A stretch of DNA of 64,000 bases from Iphione sp. A-MEVVRFRX5 (GCA_976226885.1 OZ320319.1:80724001-80788000); one strand, 5' to 3'; shown: positions 1 to 14,439, counted from the stretch's first letter. Made by a program: numbers and translations. The notes: a model not told the origin generated them from the sequence alone.

Positions 1-1876
1 GGATATAGGGATATGTTTATGCTTAATCTAAACGACCAGATTAGTGTCTAAATTTATATCCTTTGTTAAAAGTTATAATTCAGGACAAATACCACAGAGG
101 TGAAAAGTGGGTGATAATCAGGGAGTTTCTGCATATTCTAATGTGGAATGTAAGGGCTGGTAAAAACAAACCAATGATAATTTTGATATATGCACTTAAT
201 CTAAAGGTAGGTCTACACATCTCTCCATTAAAATATCAGTGTTAGCTTTGAAATCAGTGCCAAATGATTATTATTGGTCTAAACATTACAATAGCTCAAA
301 GAAGGAAACCCACTACCTTTCACCTCCACCCCAGGCAGCCTGACCTACATATAACTAAGGGTACTGGTCTTATCAGTCACTGTGACGTCATGCCCACTTG
401 AAGAATGGCCATAGTTGTTCTTTGCAAGGTTCTCCCGAAAAAACATTTTGCTCAAGTACGAACGTGTAGAGGAGCCAGAGACGTTGGAGTAGGGGCGAGC
501 GTTGGGAGTCGTGGTAGTCCCTCTGTGACGTTTGAGGTCATGTGGTCAGATTAAACCCAGTGGCGTCCTGAACGAGGTCACTGAGTGCAGACGGGACCCC
601 TTCGGGGCCTCTCACGTACGTACGCGGCGTGCGATGAAGTGGAGGTGGGGGTGGGGGGGCAGGCCAGTGTGTCGGTGGGCGGGTGTTCTCTCCTGTGAAA
701 GGGGGGAGGTGGGCGGCGCTGGATTGCAGTATGTAATGGACATCGCCGCGTACCTGGTGGGACGCAGGAGTATGTTTTGACGCACCTAGCGCTGAGGTAT
801 AACTTGCGCAATAGTGCAATTGCTGTGCCTAATCAGTATGAAAGTTTGCATTGTTCAGTCGTCTAGTGTTTCGTAACACACCCCCGCTCCATGTTGAAAA
901 CTGTCATTTAGACAGTTTAAGAATGGCAGATCAAAGAGGGAAACTGGGGCGGATGGAGAAGGGGAGAGACATTAGGAGGCGGGAGCGGGAGAGAGAGAGG
1001 GAGAGTCTACTTTCTGTTGTCTTTCCTCTGCGCTTTGGCACGTAACAGTTCCACATAGGATGTACTTTCTTCTTACTGAGGCCATGTTCCCTCATCTAAG
1101 TGTCCTCCTGACACAGAACATATGGAGCAAATTTTACGAAAAAAAAACCAAATACACAAAAACACCACCACCAACAAAACTCCACGAAACAGCCCAAGCA
1201 GCCATCATCAGGTTCCGAACCTGTTCGGTAGCGAGAGGGACGTCGAGTCGAAGCACTGGTTTCAATGTGTCCGGGTGATAAATGCGGTTCTCACAAAGAA
1301 TAATACTGCATCCTGTTGATGTTTAGAACTTCTCGCCGGAATTAGTGACTGGGAGGGAAAAAAATAAACTAAGGGGGCTTGGTCGAAGAAGTGGTGCGCC
1401 TACAGCTCAATTCTGACTGGCGTCACTTGTCATCATCAGTCTCTCAATATCCGCTTCATTCTCACCCGCACTCATATTAGTGCGTAATAAATAGAGATTT
1501 AAAATTGGCATACAAAACTTACCACAAAAGAATACAGATCAATAGCAATTCACAAGGAGACAGCCCTCCACCATACGCCTGCTGGCCCTGTAATTCGACA
1601 ACTTTTGTTCTCCTGACCACTCATTCCAGTTATTTCAGCGCAGCATCATTTGTTTACTAGTGACTGTTATCATTGACACTATTGTAATGCAAATTCAGTT
1701 CTAAATATTCCTCCCAACTTTGTGCTCCAATTCATTGTGCATATACACAGATATAGGTAAAACGATTTTCATTAGCTCATACATAGGCCATTGTTGTTGT
1801 TGCTACGATATTATATTCTATCCATGACGTTCCAACGGTAGTACCTCATTCAAAGTCAAAAATTTTCTTATACATG

Positions 1877-1929
<53 letters not shown>

Positions 1930-4076
1930 TTCTGTGGCCGGTGTCCGCATTATAAAAGCCCTGCACATGACAGTGTCCTTGGTGAGTCCTTCCTGCTATT
2001 TCTTTCTTCATATTTTGTGCGGTATCAGTATACGTTAGTTCCCCAGGGTTCACAGAATTGCACTTTTTTTACCAGGCCCAGTGATGATTGGTGCGTAATA
2101 TGACATGGCAATCACATCAGTAATAGAGACATTTTATAGCGCAGCATATAATGGTGTGTTGGGTACACAGACGAGTTCAGCTATATAGGGAAGGAGTTAT
2201 TGTTGTATTATTGTCTGCCGGGCAGCTTTTTTCCTCGCCATAGATATAGCTCCGCGTATAGATATGCTATATCCGGTAGCATGTATAAATGTATTTACTG
2301 CTGATGGAATAAAGCTCTGATGTCTAGATAGGCACAGAAGCAGAGACAGACAGGGAGATAGGCTACACACGAATGTGGGAAACACATACACACTCTTTCT
2401 CTGTCGATCTATCATATGGAGACACAGACCGAAATAGACGAGTTTCTCCTCGTGTCGAAAAGAAATCGACACATACTGCATATCTCATATTGCGCAACTC
2501 AAGTCTACTTAGTGAATATGAAACAACCACTTTTAGGACCATTAATATGACTTCTGAGGCTCCAACTAAGAGATATTACGGGGGCAAACTCCAGTGAAAA
2601 AGAAGCACAGTTAGAGTTAAAGTAACAAGGATTAAGTTCATTACATGTAGAAGTGACATGGTGTTTCCCGAGAGGCTCCCTTTTTAAGAGATACACAAGA
2701 AGACTAAGTCAGTGTCCTCGGGTAGTCTCAACTCTGTGAGTGTTCAACCATAGGCAAAGAACTGTAGGTAAGATATTGGTTACAGCGCTTTCAGTTTTAC
2801 AGAACAGCCTCGTAAGTGGGGACAGCTGCATGTAGACTTGGGGACACGACTTGAACAGCATCGTATTTTGGCTGTACACAGAACCATCCTGGACTGGGGG
2901 GAAGCCCCTTTATGGACTTTCAGTGGGAATCGAGTGTTTTCCAGGTTGCAAGGTCTTTCTGTACGGTCAGAGCTATTAGATTTGTACCTGTGTAGACATG
3001 GACGCAGCATAAATGCCCTACAGATGCAGCCACGACCTATTTAACAGATGCACTGGAAGACCCTATTGATTCAGTGCGCCAGTGTCCCTAGGCAGTCCGT
3101 AACTCTGTCAGTGTGCAAGCAGAGGTATTTACCTATCATAGGATGCTCCTCCACCTCACAACATTTGACAGCTGCCTTCAAAGTGTACGTATTGATCAGG
3201 GAAGTTGTCACCGCGCCTACCACCAAGGCTGTGTTCACCTGTAGGTAGGAGGAGGGCTGACGTACCGCCCGAGGTGCATGTCATTGTAGCTTCTTGTGTA
3301 TACATACAGTTTGCTCCAGACAACTCCGACCAGCCCCCCCACCCCCACCGCCGCCGCCCAGGTACATATATGAGATTTGAGATTGCATTTGGTACTTTAT
3401 ATAAATATTTGATTGTACAGCACTACCCAGAAATCAGTCTCCCAAATGCATACGGCACTTTCTGGACAAAGATAACTATTTAGTTGAGATGAACAAGGGA
3501 CGGCAGTTATTTTCATATTATCACCAGGCCCTTTAGTATTTCCGAATTCGTATTAGAGAATATGCAGTCAATTTGAAAAAAAAATTATACGGTTGTTTAG
3601 ATTCAAAAAAACTTTTTAAATAGTTCCCTTGGCTGAAAATATCACGCCTGTTTTCAGAAATTCATCATTCAATTCCAACAATAACTGTTTACAGGCTCCC
3701 AGAAAAATTAGGAGGCTATGATAGTTAGTGAAAGTTTTGCCGGAAGAGGCCCGCCTGCCCTTACGTTTGATCGAAACTGAAATTGCTAGATGTTGCCATC
3801 ATAATCAAACTATTTTTTTCTGTTCCTGTCCTTTTTGACTTAACGCTCTGGAGTTTCTCGCAAATCCAGTGATGGCTGAGGAGTGTCAGAAAAATAATCC
3901 TCGCTTTTTCGTTATTTCCATTACGGAATAAAATGCATACCTCTAGACAATAAAAACTGCATATCTGCGTGTGTCTGTGTGTGTGTTTGTTTAGGAATAG
4001 AAAGAAAGACAGACAGCTAGACAGAGGGAGTAACATAAGTAGAAAAACATGGAGAGAGGGGAGGAAGGGAGGGAGG

Positions 4077-4078
<2 letters not shown>

Positions 4079-4144
<66 letters not shown>

Positions 4145-4145
4145 G
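4079..4145. repeat. (GA)n/(GACA)n microsatellite. Similar tracts: 8560-8620 GACA, 5540-6050 GGTA/GGCA, 25670-25920 GACA/GAGA, 30237-30324 CACT, 36532-36620 CCCT, 49150-49217 CA, 1876-1923 and 33637-33670 TA
   Basis: Directly visible simple repeats. Confidence 0.97.
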
Positions 4146-7061
4146 TTGCTCTGCGTCAGTCATAGCAGCCGACTCTCATACTACAAGAAGAACTCATAAA
4201 AAGAGAGACAGGCAGACAGACAGAGAGACAGAGGGTTTCTATGTGTCAGTGGTAACAGCCAGGCTCAGAACACAGCAGTAACTCACTTACTAGCAGGCTA
4301 TCGTGCCTGGCAGGACCATATGTAACATCTGGTGGATAGTTGTAGAGTCATCGGTCCATTTTAATATATATAATTAAGAGGCAGATGATGAGGCAGTATT
4401 ATGACAAATTAAACGAAATAATCTTTTTTCCTTTGTCAAGACTAAAATAACTCGTTGAAAACTCGATTGTTGAAAGTGGATTCCCATTTATGCTCGTAGC
4501 TGTTTTGTTTTGTTTTTTTTTAAATCGAAGTGCCCTTCTTGAAACCACTGTATATATATGTGCCGATGCAAAATTAAGGTAATAAAAGGTAATAAATAAT
4601 TCTCCGAGGAATGTATGTCGCTTTTATAATGGTGACCCCTCTTTGAAAACTGATCCACTGAAAGTTTTCTTCTCTAGGAGCACATTCTGAGCTTTCAGGA
4701 GGGTATTGCTGTACTCTGAAAAAAAGTGTAATTGATATTGTAATGCTCATCAGTATAAAATTTTTACTATTTTTTTTTTCATTTTCATTATTGATATTAC
4801 TATACGGACTGACATCAATTCAGCTAGATCATAGACGAGAATTGAATGACGTTGTGACGTCAGCGGAAAAGGAAATGAATGAAAATAGATAAATGGTATG
4901 ATACATGAACGAATTCGAAATAATCGACAGAAAGCATTGATAAACTGAACTTGATTATCCTGAAGTGGTCCAGTTTTCGATAATAAGCTGGACATGGTTT
5001 TCCATGCTTCGTAAGTGTGTGTATACTGGGGATTAGATTAGTTAGATTATCTGAAGTTGTTAGATTAGCGTGAAGGAAGGTAAAGAGTATTAACCATGTA
5101 TCTTTATTTCTCCCGGTGTGATGAATACATTTGCATATACATTGTGGCCAGGTTGCCGGATTATAATGAGATGAGACAGCGTGTTTGAATGTAGTTCTCT
5201 GTGTACTTCTATATCCTTTGTTAACCACATCTATTAAATCTTTCAATTCTGTAGCCATGCAGAAGTATTTTCAACACTAGAAAAATTACAATGACATATA
5301 CATATATTATGTTGATATGAGGTCATTCTCACCACAGGTATATATGCCCATGTTAGATATTTTCCTTACTTTGGATTAGAGTATGGATTGTTAATCTTAT
5401 GTAATGTTCGGTTATTTTTTAATGATATTCGTCCTGGCCATTGTTTGGTCATTTAGTGTTGTTTCAGTTAGAAACTAGTTATCCATGGATCTGCCACAAG
5501 TTTTTGGTCAAGTCACGTAACTAGTAGTACGTCGGTAGTTAGGTTAGGTTAGCTTTGATTGGTAGGCGGATACGTAAATGTTGATAGATGGGAGTATGTA
5601 TAAGTACATAGGTATGTGTGGTAGTAGGTATAAGTACACAGATATGTTGTTACATGTGGAATAAGGTGCCGCAGGCAGGCAGAGAGGCAGGCAGACAGGC
5701 AGGCAGAGAGGGAGTTAAAGTTGCTAGCTACGTACATGGATAAGGAGGCAGACTGGTCAGCAGATAGTAGACAAACTAAGAAAACACGTAAACAGTGATG
5801 AGAGACATACAAACAGGCAGGCAGGAAGGGAATCAAGTAGTTACGTAGGCAGGGTGGCAGGTAAGCAGGTGGATAAGTTAGTAGGTAGATAGGTGAGTAG
5901 GTGGTATAACAGGCAAGTAGACAGACGGGTTGGTAGGTAGATAGGTAGGCAGGTAGGCAGTTGTGTAAGTAGATAGGCGGTCAGGTAAATACATGTAGAT
6001 GATAGATGTGAGTAGGCGGACAGGGAGGGAGAGTGGTTTAGTACGGTGGGATGATAGAGGACTATCTATATCTGTCTATTTCCCTATCTGTCTGTCTATC
6101 CTTGATTTGCTGTAGCGAACGCTGGCTGATTAGTTGTTGCCACTCGACCAGCTGGGATCCAGATACCGCAGGGTCCAACGTTCAAAGGGGACCGACCAGG
6201 TTATCACCATCAAACACACGCGGTCCTGCTAGAGCTCCCCCTGCAGGGAACTCGAGGAAGCTCTCCTCCTCTCCCTCTGCACTAGGAGGGCTTCAGTCCT
6301 CAGACCGGGCGCCAGGATTCGGTGTAGAAATCCTTAGAGGTGAGTGAGATCCAGCCCCGGAGGAGGGTTCACACGCATGCATGAATACATGCACAGTATA
6401 AAGGTATTTGGGTGGGGGGGGGGAGGGGTTAGACGGGTTCATTATGTATTGGTGGGTAGGGTCCGGAGAGGAGAAATGGATCGGGTTAGAGAGAACGTCG
6501 TTATCAAGGGTTGTTGGCTGTAACAGATGGCCTGGCGAGTGACGAGGATTGGCCGCTCGGCTTGATACGGAATATCAGCGTGTGTGTATGTCTGTGTGCG
6601 TACGTGTTTGTACAGATGTGTATCATGCTGGAGTAGGACGTAGAATGAAATAGTCGTACAAGGTGGGTACTTCAGTTGGGGGGGGGGGTCGGTATGTTGT
6701 GTACACGAAGAGCGTCACAGCCAGTAATATATCTTGGTCTGGACTTCACTGTGTTCTGATGCTGTTTTTGTTACCGTAATGGGATCTCCACAGCCAGGGA
6801 ACACGTGAAAGGCCAAATTTAATGAACATGTATAAGTAATCCTCACTGGTGGTACCTAGTAGCATCCTATGTCTTTAAGTTAAAATCAGCCCATAGCCTG
6901 ATTGAACGAACGGTGGATGCAATGTAATGTAATATGACTCAGAAGTAGAGGTAGTATCTTGATGCGCGCGTCCCGGGTGGTTTCAGAGTATTTCAGATGA
7001 GTATTGTGGATAAGGGGAGGAGGAGAGGGTGTGTATGTGTGTGTGTGGTGTTCGCGTGCGT

Positions 7062-7218
7062 NNNNNNNNNNNNNNNNNNNNNNNNNNNNNNNNNNNNNNN
7101 NNNNNNNNNNNNNNNNNNNNNNNNNNNNNNNNNNNNNNNNNNNNNNNNNNNNNNNNNNNNNNNNNNNNNNNNNNNNNNNNNNNNNNNNNNNNNNNNNNNN
7201 NNNNNNNNNNNNNNNNNN
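7062..7218. other. N block (unknown or masked). Others: 13677-13875, 23706-23836, 23858-24016, 25524-25670, 28033-28237, 33327-33456, 48026-48224, 49500-49631
   Basis: Runs of n of 130-205 nt, several next to simple repeats. Confidence 0.99.
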
Positions 7219-7689
7219 TGTCTGTGCCTGTGTTAGAGAAGGTGCAGCCGTAAAAAGGGGTAGAGGTGAAAGACAACACCACCACTCTTACAGCCCCCGC
7301 CCACCAATCCCGCCGATTTTCGTTCCCCAATCAACGTTTCTGATTCGAAGTCGTCCGGTCGATAATCACCCAGGTCCACCATTACTGTTAACCTTTGCAT
7401 TATGATAGAATAGCTCAGTTCCACGAAAAACGAGAGTGTGGACCTGTGAGGTCTATTGCCTCATTGCCAGAAATCCCTTTTTATCTTCATATGTTCAGTA
7501 GAGATCCGACCAATTAAGTGTTGTTGTTGGTAGGTGGATCTCCACTATATGTGGCGGATAGGCAGTTGCAGCTGTATACTTTAGCCTCAAAGGGTTAATT
7601 AAGGTGCTTCACCTTTCAGGCAGCACAATTCTGTAGTTTTTAAGGCCACGTAGTGGCAGTGACATTCCGGAGCTCCTGTTCCTAGGTGT

Positions 7690-7950
7690 AGCTCTAGTTG
7701 GAAGCTGTAGCTTTCTGATCCAAGGCGTACCTTCGGAGGAAAACCAGAAGGACCTTCATCAGGACCCCTACCCCCCCCCCCCCCGCCCGCCTTTCATTGA
7801 GTCTAGGGAAGGGTGGGTGGGTGGTGGTAACCCACTGCTCCCTAGGAGTGGCGGTGATCGAGCGCGCAGCAGATTGATAGGTCGTCAGCGGTGTGAATGG
7901 CGTGCACACTGACCAGGCCTGATGGGTCGAGTCCTTGTCCACTCACCCAA
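7690..7950 (-). mobile_element. Decayed LINE AP-endonuclease remnant
   Basis: Minus strand HPPFPRLNERRAGGGGVGVLMK resembles the P.GY...R..RGGGVA.L.K APE motif. Confidence 0.4.
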
Positions 7951-8563
7951 GGTAATTATTTAAACACACATGTGCATATATAAGCTCAAACAGATAGAAC
8001 ATGTACACACAAAGTATAGAGACCCTTAACCGGGAAGATCTGGACCGTATAACGGCTGTCAGAGTGCACTCGCTCGTGGCCCCTGTTTGATACAGGCCTT
8101 ACAATAGTACACCCCCCCCCCCGGCCTAAATCTGTACAGTCCGGGGGTGCGGCGTGCTGTCTGTGCGTAGGTAGGGGTCACCAAGTGATAACCTTTGCCT
8201 AGATTCCCGTTCTTTGTTTAGCGGCCTGTGCGGGTATTGTATCCTATCGAGGTGAAAGGAGAGGAGGTGGATGAGTCAACATCAATCATGGTTTGACGGT
8301 GGCAAGGGGCGGGTGGGCTGGAGGTCGCTCAAGTCAGGCCATCCCAGATCTGGGAAAATCGCATCCAGGTGACCTCTAGGGGTGATGGTTTAACCACAGC
8401 GACCTAACTAGGCTGATGGGTACTCATAGAGGAGAGAGTAGGCGACCCGTGACAAAAGGATTATATCTGTGTCGGGGCTTGAGTGGGACATGGAGGGAGG
8501 TAGGGAGAGTCAGACAGATACAGATAGCAGAGTAATGGGAGCTAAGGATCCAGAGAGAGAATG

Positions 8564-8620
<57 letters not shown>

Positions 8621-9729
8621 GGCGGCCATGTTATATGCCAATACGTATGTGTTTAGGTCGGGGTTTGGGGGCTGGCGGTCGGGGTTTGAGTGAAGGAGGC
8701 TGGTCTGAGGAGCCGGTCAATCCATTAACCGTCTTTTAATGGGAACGGACCACAAATCATGTGGTCCATTTCTGAGAATAACTGGCTGTCGGCCAAGGAT
8801 TCTGTTATTGGGGGTGTTCTATTGAAAGTACAACTATCCCCAAGGCCTTGATAATAAGGGTAGTGCTCACATGTCCGCGCCATTTGGTTGTGTTATAGAG
8901 GGTTTAAGAATGAAAAGGATAATTAATACACATTGTTTTAATCTATTTTCGTGTGATTTCTCAGTCATTCATATTAATACATCTTATGAGATAAATGAAG
9001 GGTGTAAGAAGAAACAACACGGTCTGTATCACGAACCAAATGTTCTTTTCTTTGTTTTGCAGTGCAAAACCTTTGTAACACTAATAATACTTTGGTCCCT
9101 AAATGCACACTTTTTATAACCTTTTCATTGCTTAAGATGTCCCATAAAACCCTCTCTACTCGCTTTTCTCGAAGAGCTGTAGAGTTTTTCATGAAAATTG
9201 GCCGAAACCGTATTCATTTGACATTGATTACAGTCGAGATTGTAGCAAATTTCTTTGCCATATCAGACGATCATCAGCAATCACTGGTAAAATGACCTAC
9301 CTAAGAGCTTAAATTGACTTAGATTTGATCATATATCTAGTTGATTGCTAACCAATTATACTCCTATATGGCTGTGTCCCAGGGAGGAAGTATAAAATGC
9401 TTGGCCCACTCCATTACAACAGTTACATGTATATACCTAATATGGAAAAAATCACATGCTGTAGCCTGGAGAGGGAGGTGAAATAAGAGAGGATTTCTCT
9501 TATAGGTTTACTTCTGTTATGGAAGCAGATGTGTCCCGTGGCATCACTTCTTTGTGAGAAACTTTGTTATGAGAGGCACACCATTTCAGCATAAATGTTC
9601 ATGCTTTTTAGTTTTGCATTGACTAAAACATTATATTTCTTATAAATTTATGTTCATGTATCCTTCTTTTTTCTGATGAATTGAATAAAGTAGGTAGATA
9701 GGTTTTTTTTTTTAATAACCAGAAGTGTG

Positions 9730-9850
9730 ATTGAGAGAAGTATACCCGTGTTCCTAGGATCGTAGTCAGGGGAGCTCAGACTGACCTGTAGTGTATACTG
9801 GTTGTTAAAGACCGGCGAGGCAGGGTAAGGACGACACATTAGTGCATAGG
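9730..9850 (-). mobile_element. Decayed LINE AP-endonuclease remnant, same family as 40250-40560
   Basis: ALMCRPYPASPVF (YRPP-like) plus DNA similarity to about 40350-40400. Confidence 0.4.
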
Positions 9851-10802
9851 GTTAGGGAAGGTTATGTGAAATAAAAGATACACTGGGTGACGTTTCATCT
9901 AGGATCTCGTCAACAGTGGCCGAGTGGTTGTCTTTGCAGGAGCATAGAGAAACGGGTTTTAGTGTTGTTATACCGGAATGATCATTACAATGGCTTTTGA
10001 GGGATGGCCCTGAACAAATTTGCAGGATTACATGTCCCTGTTTCATATCTTTACAGTGAATTCTTTTAGATATAGTTTGATAAATGTGACTTTAGACCAC
10101 ATATTGTACCGAAAAAGCCAGCTTTTTTGTCGAGAGGTTTCGTTCCCAGATACTACGTTAAGGAGGGTGCGTGTATACCTGTGTATCTGTTTATTCCGAT
10201 GCTTTACATGTAAACGTTTTATCACAATAAGTAAAAAAAGGGAAGTTCCGTAAACGAATTATAGATTACAGTTAGCATTAATTCTTCCTCAACATGTGCT
10301 TTACACGAAGACAAGGTTTTAGTCATCTACTACACAGGCTCTAGGCGGGACATTTTATCCTTAATGTAGAAAGAGGGCAAATCGAAGGAGTTTGCCTTTC
10401 ACTCATTGGCAGGCGGCTAGTTATGAATAAATGATGTATTATCAATCAGACTTAATATGTCGTTTCGGTCTGTTGGAGGAGGGAGAGCTATGATGGAAAG
10501 AGGGAAGAGATACAGACACATGCACACACAGGCATGGACCGAAACACAGACAGGCAGACACACAGGCAGGCAGGCAGACACCCTAGCCACACACCCCCTA
10601 ATGGGCATGCGTGGGCAGGAGAATATTTATATATATGTCTGTACAATGAAAGTACACAGAATAAGCCACTTTTTTCTGTCGAAACTATTTGACGTGAACT
10701 CTGTGATGTTATACCACCTGTTTCACCTTTTGTAGTAACCTCACTGTCAATTCATCTCAGTCACAGTTCTGTGGGCGTCTCCTTGTTCATAGGGCACTGA
10801 CC

Positions 10803-10983
10803 CAGGTTATCATTATTCTACACATTATTCATTATACACGTTATTCCTGGATCTACAGGTTACCATTATTCTACACATTATTCCTGCATCTACAGGTTAC
10901 CATTATTCTACACATTATTCCTGCATCTACAGGTTACCATTATTCTACACATTATTAATTCTACACATTATTTCTGCATCTAC
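10803..10983. repeat. 37-bp minisatellite
   Basis: CAGGTTACCATTATTCTACACATTATTCCTGCATCTA at 10856, 10893 and 10930, plus partial copies. Confidence 0.9.
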
Positions 10984-11624
10984 AGAGTGTAGAGCCTTGG
11001 CAGACCATAATTGAAGCATCCAGCTTTGCTCTTTTCCATATCTATGGTTCACTGTGCGTAAACATGGAATCCTATGCAGCAATGGACACCTGGCCTAAGT
11101 ACAGACATTTCTTTTGAAAATGATGTGCTGCCTCGCTTATGCTGGCTTACTGTTTAGAGTGTCTATTTCTGGTTTGTTTGCTTGAGTTGTGGTTTTCTTG
11201 GAATGTTCAATATTACTCTCAGATCAGTAGATGTTGATTGATTAAGGCTAGGTGTCCATGTGCACGTGATCTGTGTGAAGCATGTAAGCATGTAGTAACC
11301 ATGTTTTTTGGGAATACATGGATATCAGCAAGGGGTGTGATGCATGTAATGTCCACGTGCTGCGTGTTTAAAGAATAGAATGTCCCATTCCGTAAGGACC
11401 GCGATGCTTCTTACAGGCATGTTTTTTTTTTGTTATAATCATTGCAAACGGACGTGTAAAATGAAAACTCGGTGAATACATGCTCCACGGTGTATATACA
11501 GTGGTTATCAACAAAGGATTAAGAGAAACACGTCAATCAACACGGCTACACAGTCATGTGTGCACATGGACACCCATCCTAAACTGGCATTGAAAGTGAT
11601 TGAGTCGTGATAGGGGCATAGGGG

Positions 11625-11930
11625 GCATCTCTTCACCAGACTATCAAAGACCATGCATATAGGAGCTCTATGCTAGACTATAAAAGGCTACATGCACTGA
11701 ATCTTCACACCAGACTGTAAAAGGTCATGCACAATGATCCTCCCTACTAGATTATAAGTAAAAGGCCAGACACACTGAACCTCCAAACCAGACTATAGAA
11801 GACAGTACATGCTGAGTCTCCACACCTGACTTTACAAAAGCCACATACTCTGAACCTCCACACCTGACTATGAATATGTGCACAAAACCTCCACACCTGA
11901 CTGCAAAAGGCCATGCACACTGAAGCCCAT
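11625..11930. repeat. Degenerate ~35-bp minisatellite
   Basis: Recurrent GAACCTCCACACCTGACT...AAAAGGCCATGCACA. Confidence 0.75.
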
Positions 11931-12893
11931 CCCCAGTTGCTGCTTCTGCTTGTGAAAACCCACACGCGCTTATCCACTGCAGATTGATAAATATGGAATT
12001 ATTTTGCACTCTTCTTTTAATAACTTGATGTCAATTTTTACTTTTATTTAAAAACTATAGAATCTATGTAAATGTTTAGAGATGTCAAGATTTGATAAGG
12101 GCAATGAAGGGCGCCTTTGTCCATAGAAATGTTGGGAACATGAGAAATCCTACCTTATTCATAAAGTTAACATGGCAGAAATATGTGTGCGCTGCGAAAA
12201 AGCATAACCATTGGTGTTGTTTTAGTGAAGTTGATATCGTACATCGCAGATCGTTATGTGATGTGACCAGTATGAGATATAATCAGTTTCTGATATAATC
12301 TCTATATGATATGATAGGGTCAATATATGATATGATCCAGATAACATTATGTTTAACTTTTTTCGCCTTTGATCATGTACCTTGTACGGCGGAGGGAACT
12401 TAATGTGGGCTTCTGCTCACAGGTTCTGTGGACAAAATAATTTGGCTTATCATTGGTGAAAGAAGTTGCCATTTTCAGAGCTCATATAGGTCAGTGTGAA
12501 TGCCCGCGACGATATTATGTTAGTGTATTTCAGATGATTGTTTCCAGAAATATAAATCTGAAGTTTGATTGTCCCTGCTTTACTATACAAATACAGTAGA
12601 ACCGTGCACTGGGGATATACTCGTAGTTCCCAGTGAAAGTGTCCGCAACTAGGGACTGTCGCCCAGTCATATATAGTTTTATGAATAGCCAAAATATTAA
12701 TCTGTTCCCGTGAAGTGTTTCTTAGTCTGTATGTAACTGGGGGGAATAGAGACGGGATCAGTAGCTTGCTTTGAGCATGTATTGTCCCCACTGGGCGGGT
12801 TTTGCTGATGCTGTACACATTCACTCCAGGATATGCATAGAGACCTGCATTCAGACGGGGTGATGGCATACATACGCACCATGATCCTGTCTG

Positions 12894-12965
12894 CGGCATG
12901 TTGAGGTCGAACCCGTAACCTCTGACATGAGCTGACTCTGCTTACCCAGTATGCCAACCGTAGCC
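12894..12965 (-). mobile_element. tRNA-Met-like SINE head or tRNA pseudogene
   Basis: The minus strand GGCTACGGTTGGCATACTGGGTAAGCAGAGTCAGCTCATGTCAGAGGTTACGGGTTCGACCTCAACATGCCG is 72 nt with an A-box-like TGGCATACTGG, a GTCAG-CTCAT arm and a B-box GGTTCGACC. The anticodon loop is shortened, so it is not a functional tRNA. Confidence 0.5.
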
Positions 12966-13540
12966 TGCCTGCCTGCCTGCTGTTGTATATCGCTGGTAGC
13001 CGAGTGTAGCAAGTCGTTGACAAGGGCCTGATGGGGGAGATTTGTCAACACATTTATCCTCTACCACCCAAAACATGAAACTAATTACATTAACGTCTTG
13101 GAGGCCATGTCGCATCGGAAAATTAATTTTCCTGAATATCCGCTGGGCTGACAGCCGTGATTTCAAGTTCAGTACGCAAGCGAGCGGATTTCTCCGAGCC
13201 CCGGGGTCACGCACGCGATGTTGGATTCGTCTGAGTAATCATAACGCTCTTGGAAGGAAGCTCTTGTTGAATTTCTTCCTCCAGAAGCTGCAGATTTGGG
13301 GCAAGATGTACAGTGAAGGTTTTTTTAATTTCTTTGAAATAGCTAACCAACGTCAGCCAGAAGGCTGGTTTTCAGGTGGGAAATAGCTTTATGCCGGGTC
13401 TATCTAATATTGGCTAAATTTACTGTTGTTACTTTTTCTAGTTAACCAAGCGTTATTGAATAGCAGTTACACAATGTCAGACTTACAAAAGACTGAGTTC
13501 ATTATTCTTCCATCTGTTGACAATGTCCCGCCCCCTTGTG

Positions 13541-13676
13541 TTATTTGTTGCATATTTTGTTGTATGTATTTTGAGTTTTTCCATTGCTGGATGATTCTTC
13601 AGTATGTTGTTTTGGACAAATATGTGGTATGAGCATCCGAATGAATTTGGAATCTGTAGCTGTTACCATGTTGTTT
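13541..13676 (-). mobile_element. Decayed 3' ORF2 fragment related to the intact LINE
   Basis: Minus strand RFQIHSDAHTTYLSKTTY*RIIQQWKNSKYI versus intact SHTTHIMKTTFNRIIQQWNKAQI. DNA is also similar to 32090-32200. Confidence 0.7.
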
Positions 13677-14439
13677 NNNNNNNNNNNNNNNNNNNNNNNN
13701 NNNNNNNNNNNNNNNNNNNNNNNNNNNNNNNNNNNNNNNNNNNNNNNNNNNNNNNNNNNNNNNNNNNNNNNNNNNNNNNNNNNNNNNNNNNNNNNNNNNN
13801 NNNNNNNNNNNNNNNNNNNNNNNNNNNNNNNNNNNNNNNNNNNNNNNNNNNNNNNNNNNNNNNNNNNNNNNNNNNTCTTCATAACTGTTTCATTTACAAC
13901 AGTAGGCATTGAGTATATCCACGTACCCTTAACCAGACCGTGAGCATACATGTAGTTGAGAGACCTTACTAAACCCCTGGACCCATCGCAGCAATGCTGA
14001 GTTTGGGGTGCGTAACGGGAACTCCTCCAGACTCCCACCCCAGTGGCCTAGTATACATACAAGTGCATGGACTTTGCCCATCTTAGTAGGAGTTTCGAAC
14101 AGGAGAATTTCGTCGTACGTGTCATTGATGCGCCTCCCCATATCTCCCCCACCTCCCCACTCCTGTGGATTTGAATTTATTTCATTCTCTAAAGAGCTCC
14201 CTTTTCAGGGTAGGAGAGCAAAATTACATATAGAAAATAATACATGCGATGGATCTGCAGACAAACAAAACTTGCCAATGTCAGCTTCGTGGGAAGCCCT
14301 ATACATCAACACGGCTGTAAGTAACATTCGTCTCAATCAACTCTATGTAACAGGCATAGAGACCTACCTAGAGGGGGATAGAAAAGTAGGGTTTAGGTCT
14401 CAGTCGGGCTTGTGGTACTGATCATAAATGGGCAGCAGG

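Noticed and set aside
9888-9935. TGGCCGAGTGGTT A-box as a tRNA gene
   Set aside because: No matching B-box or cloverleaf downstream.
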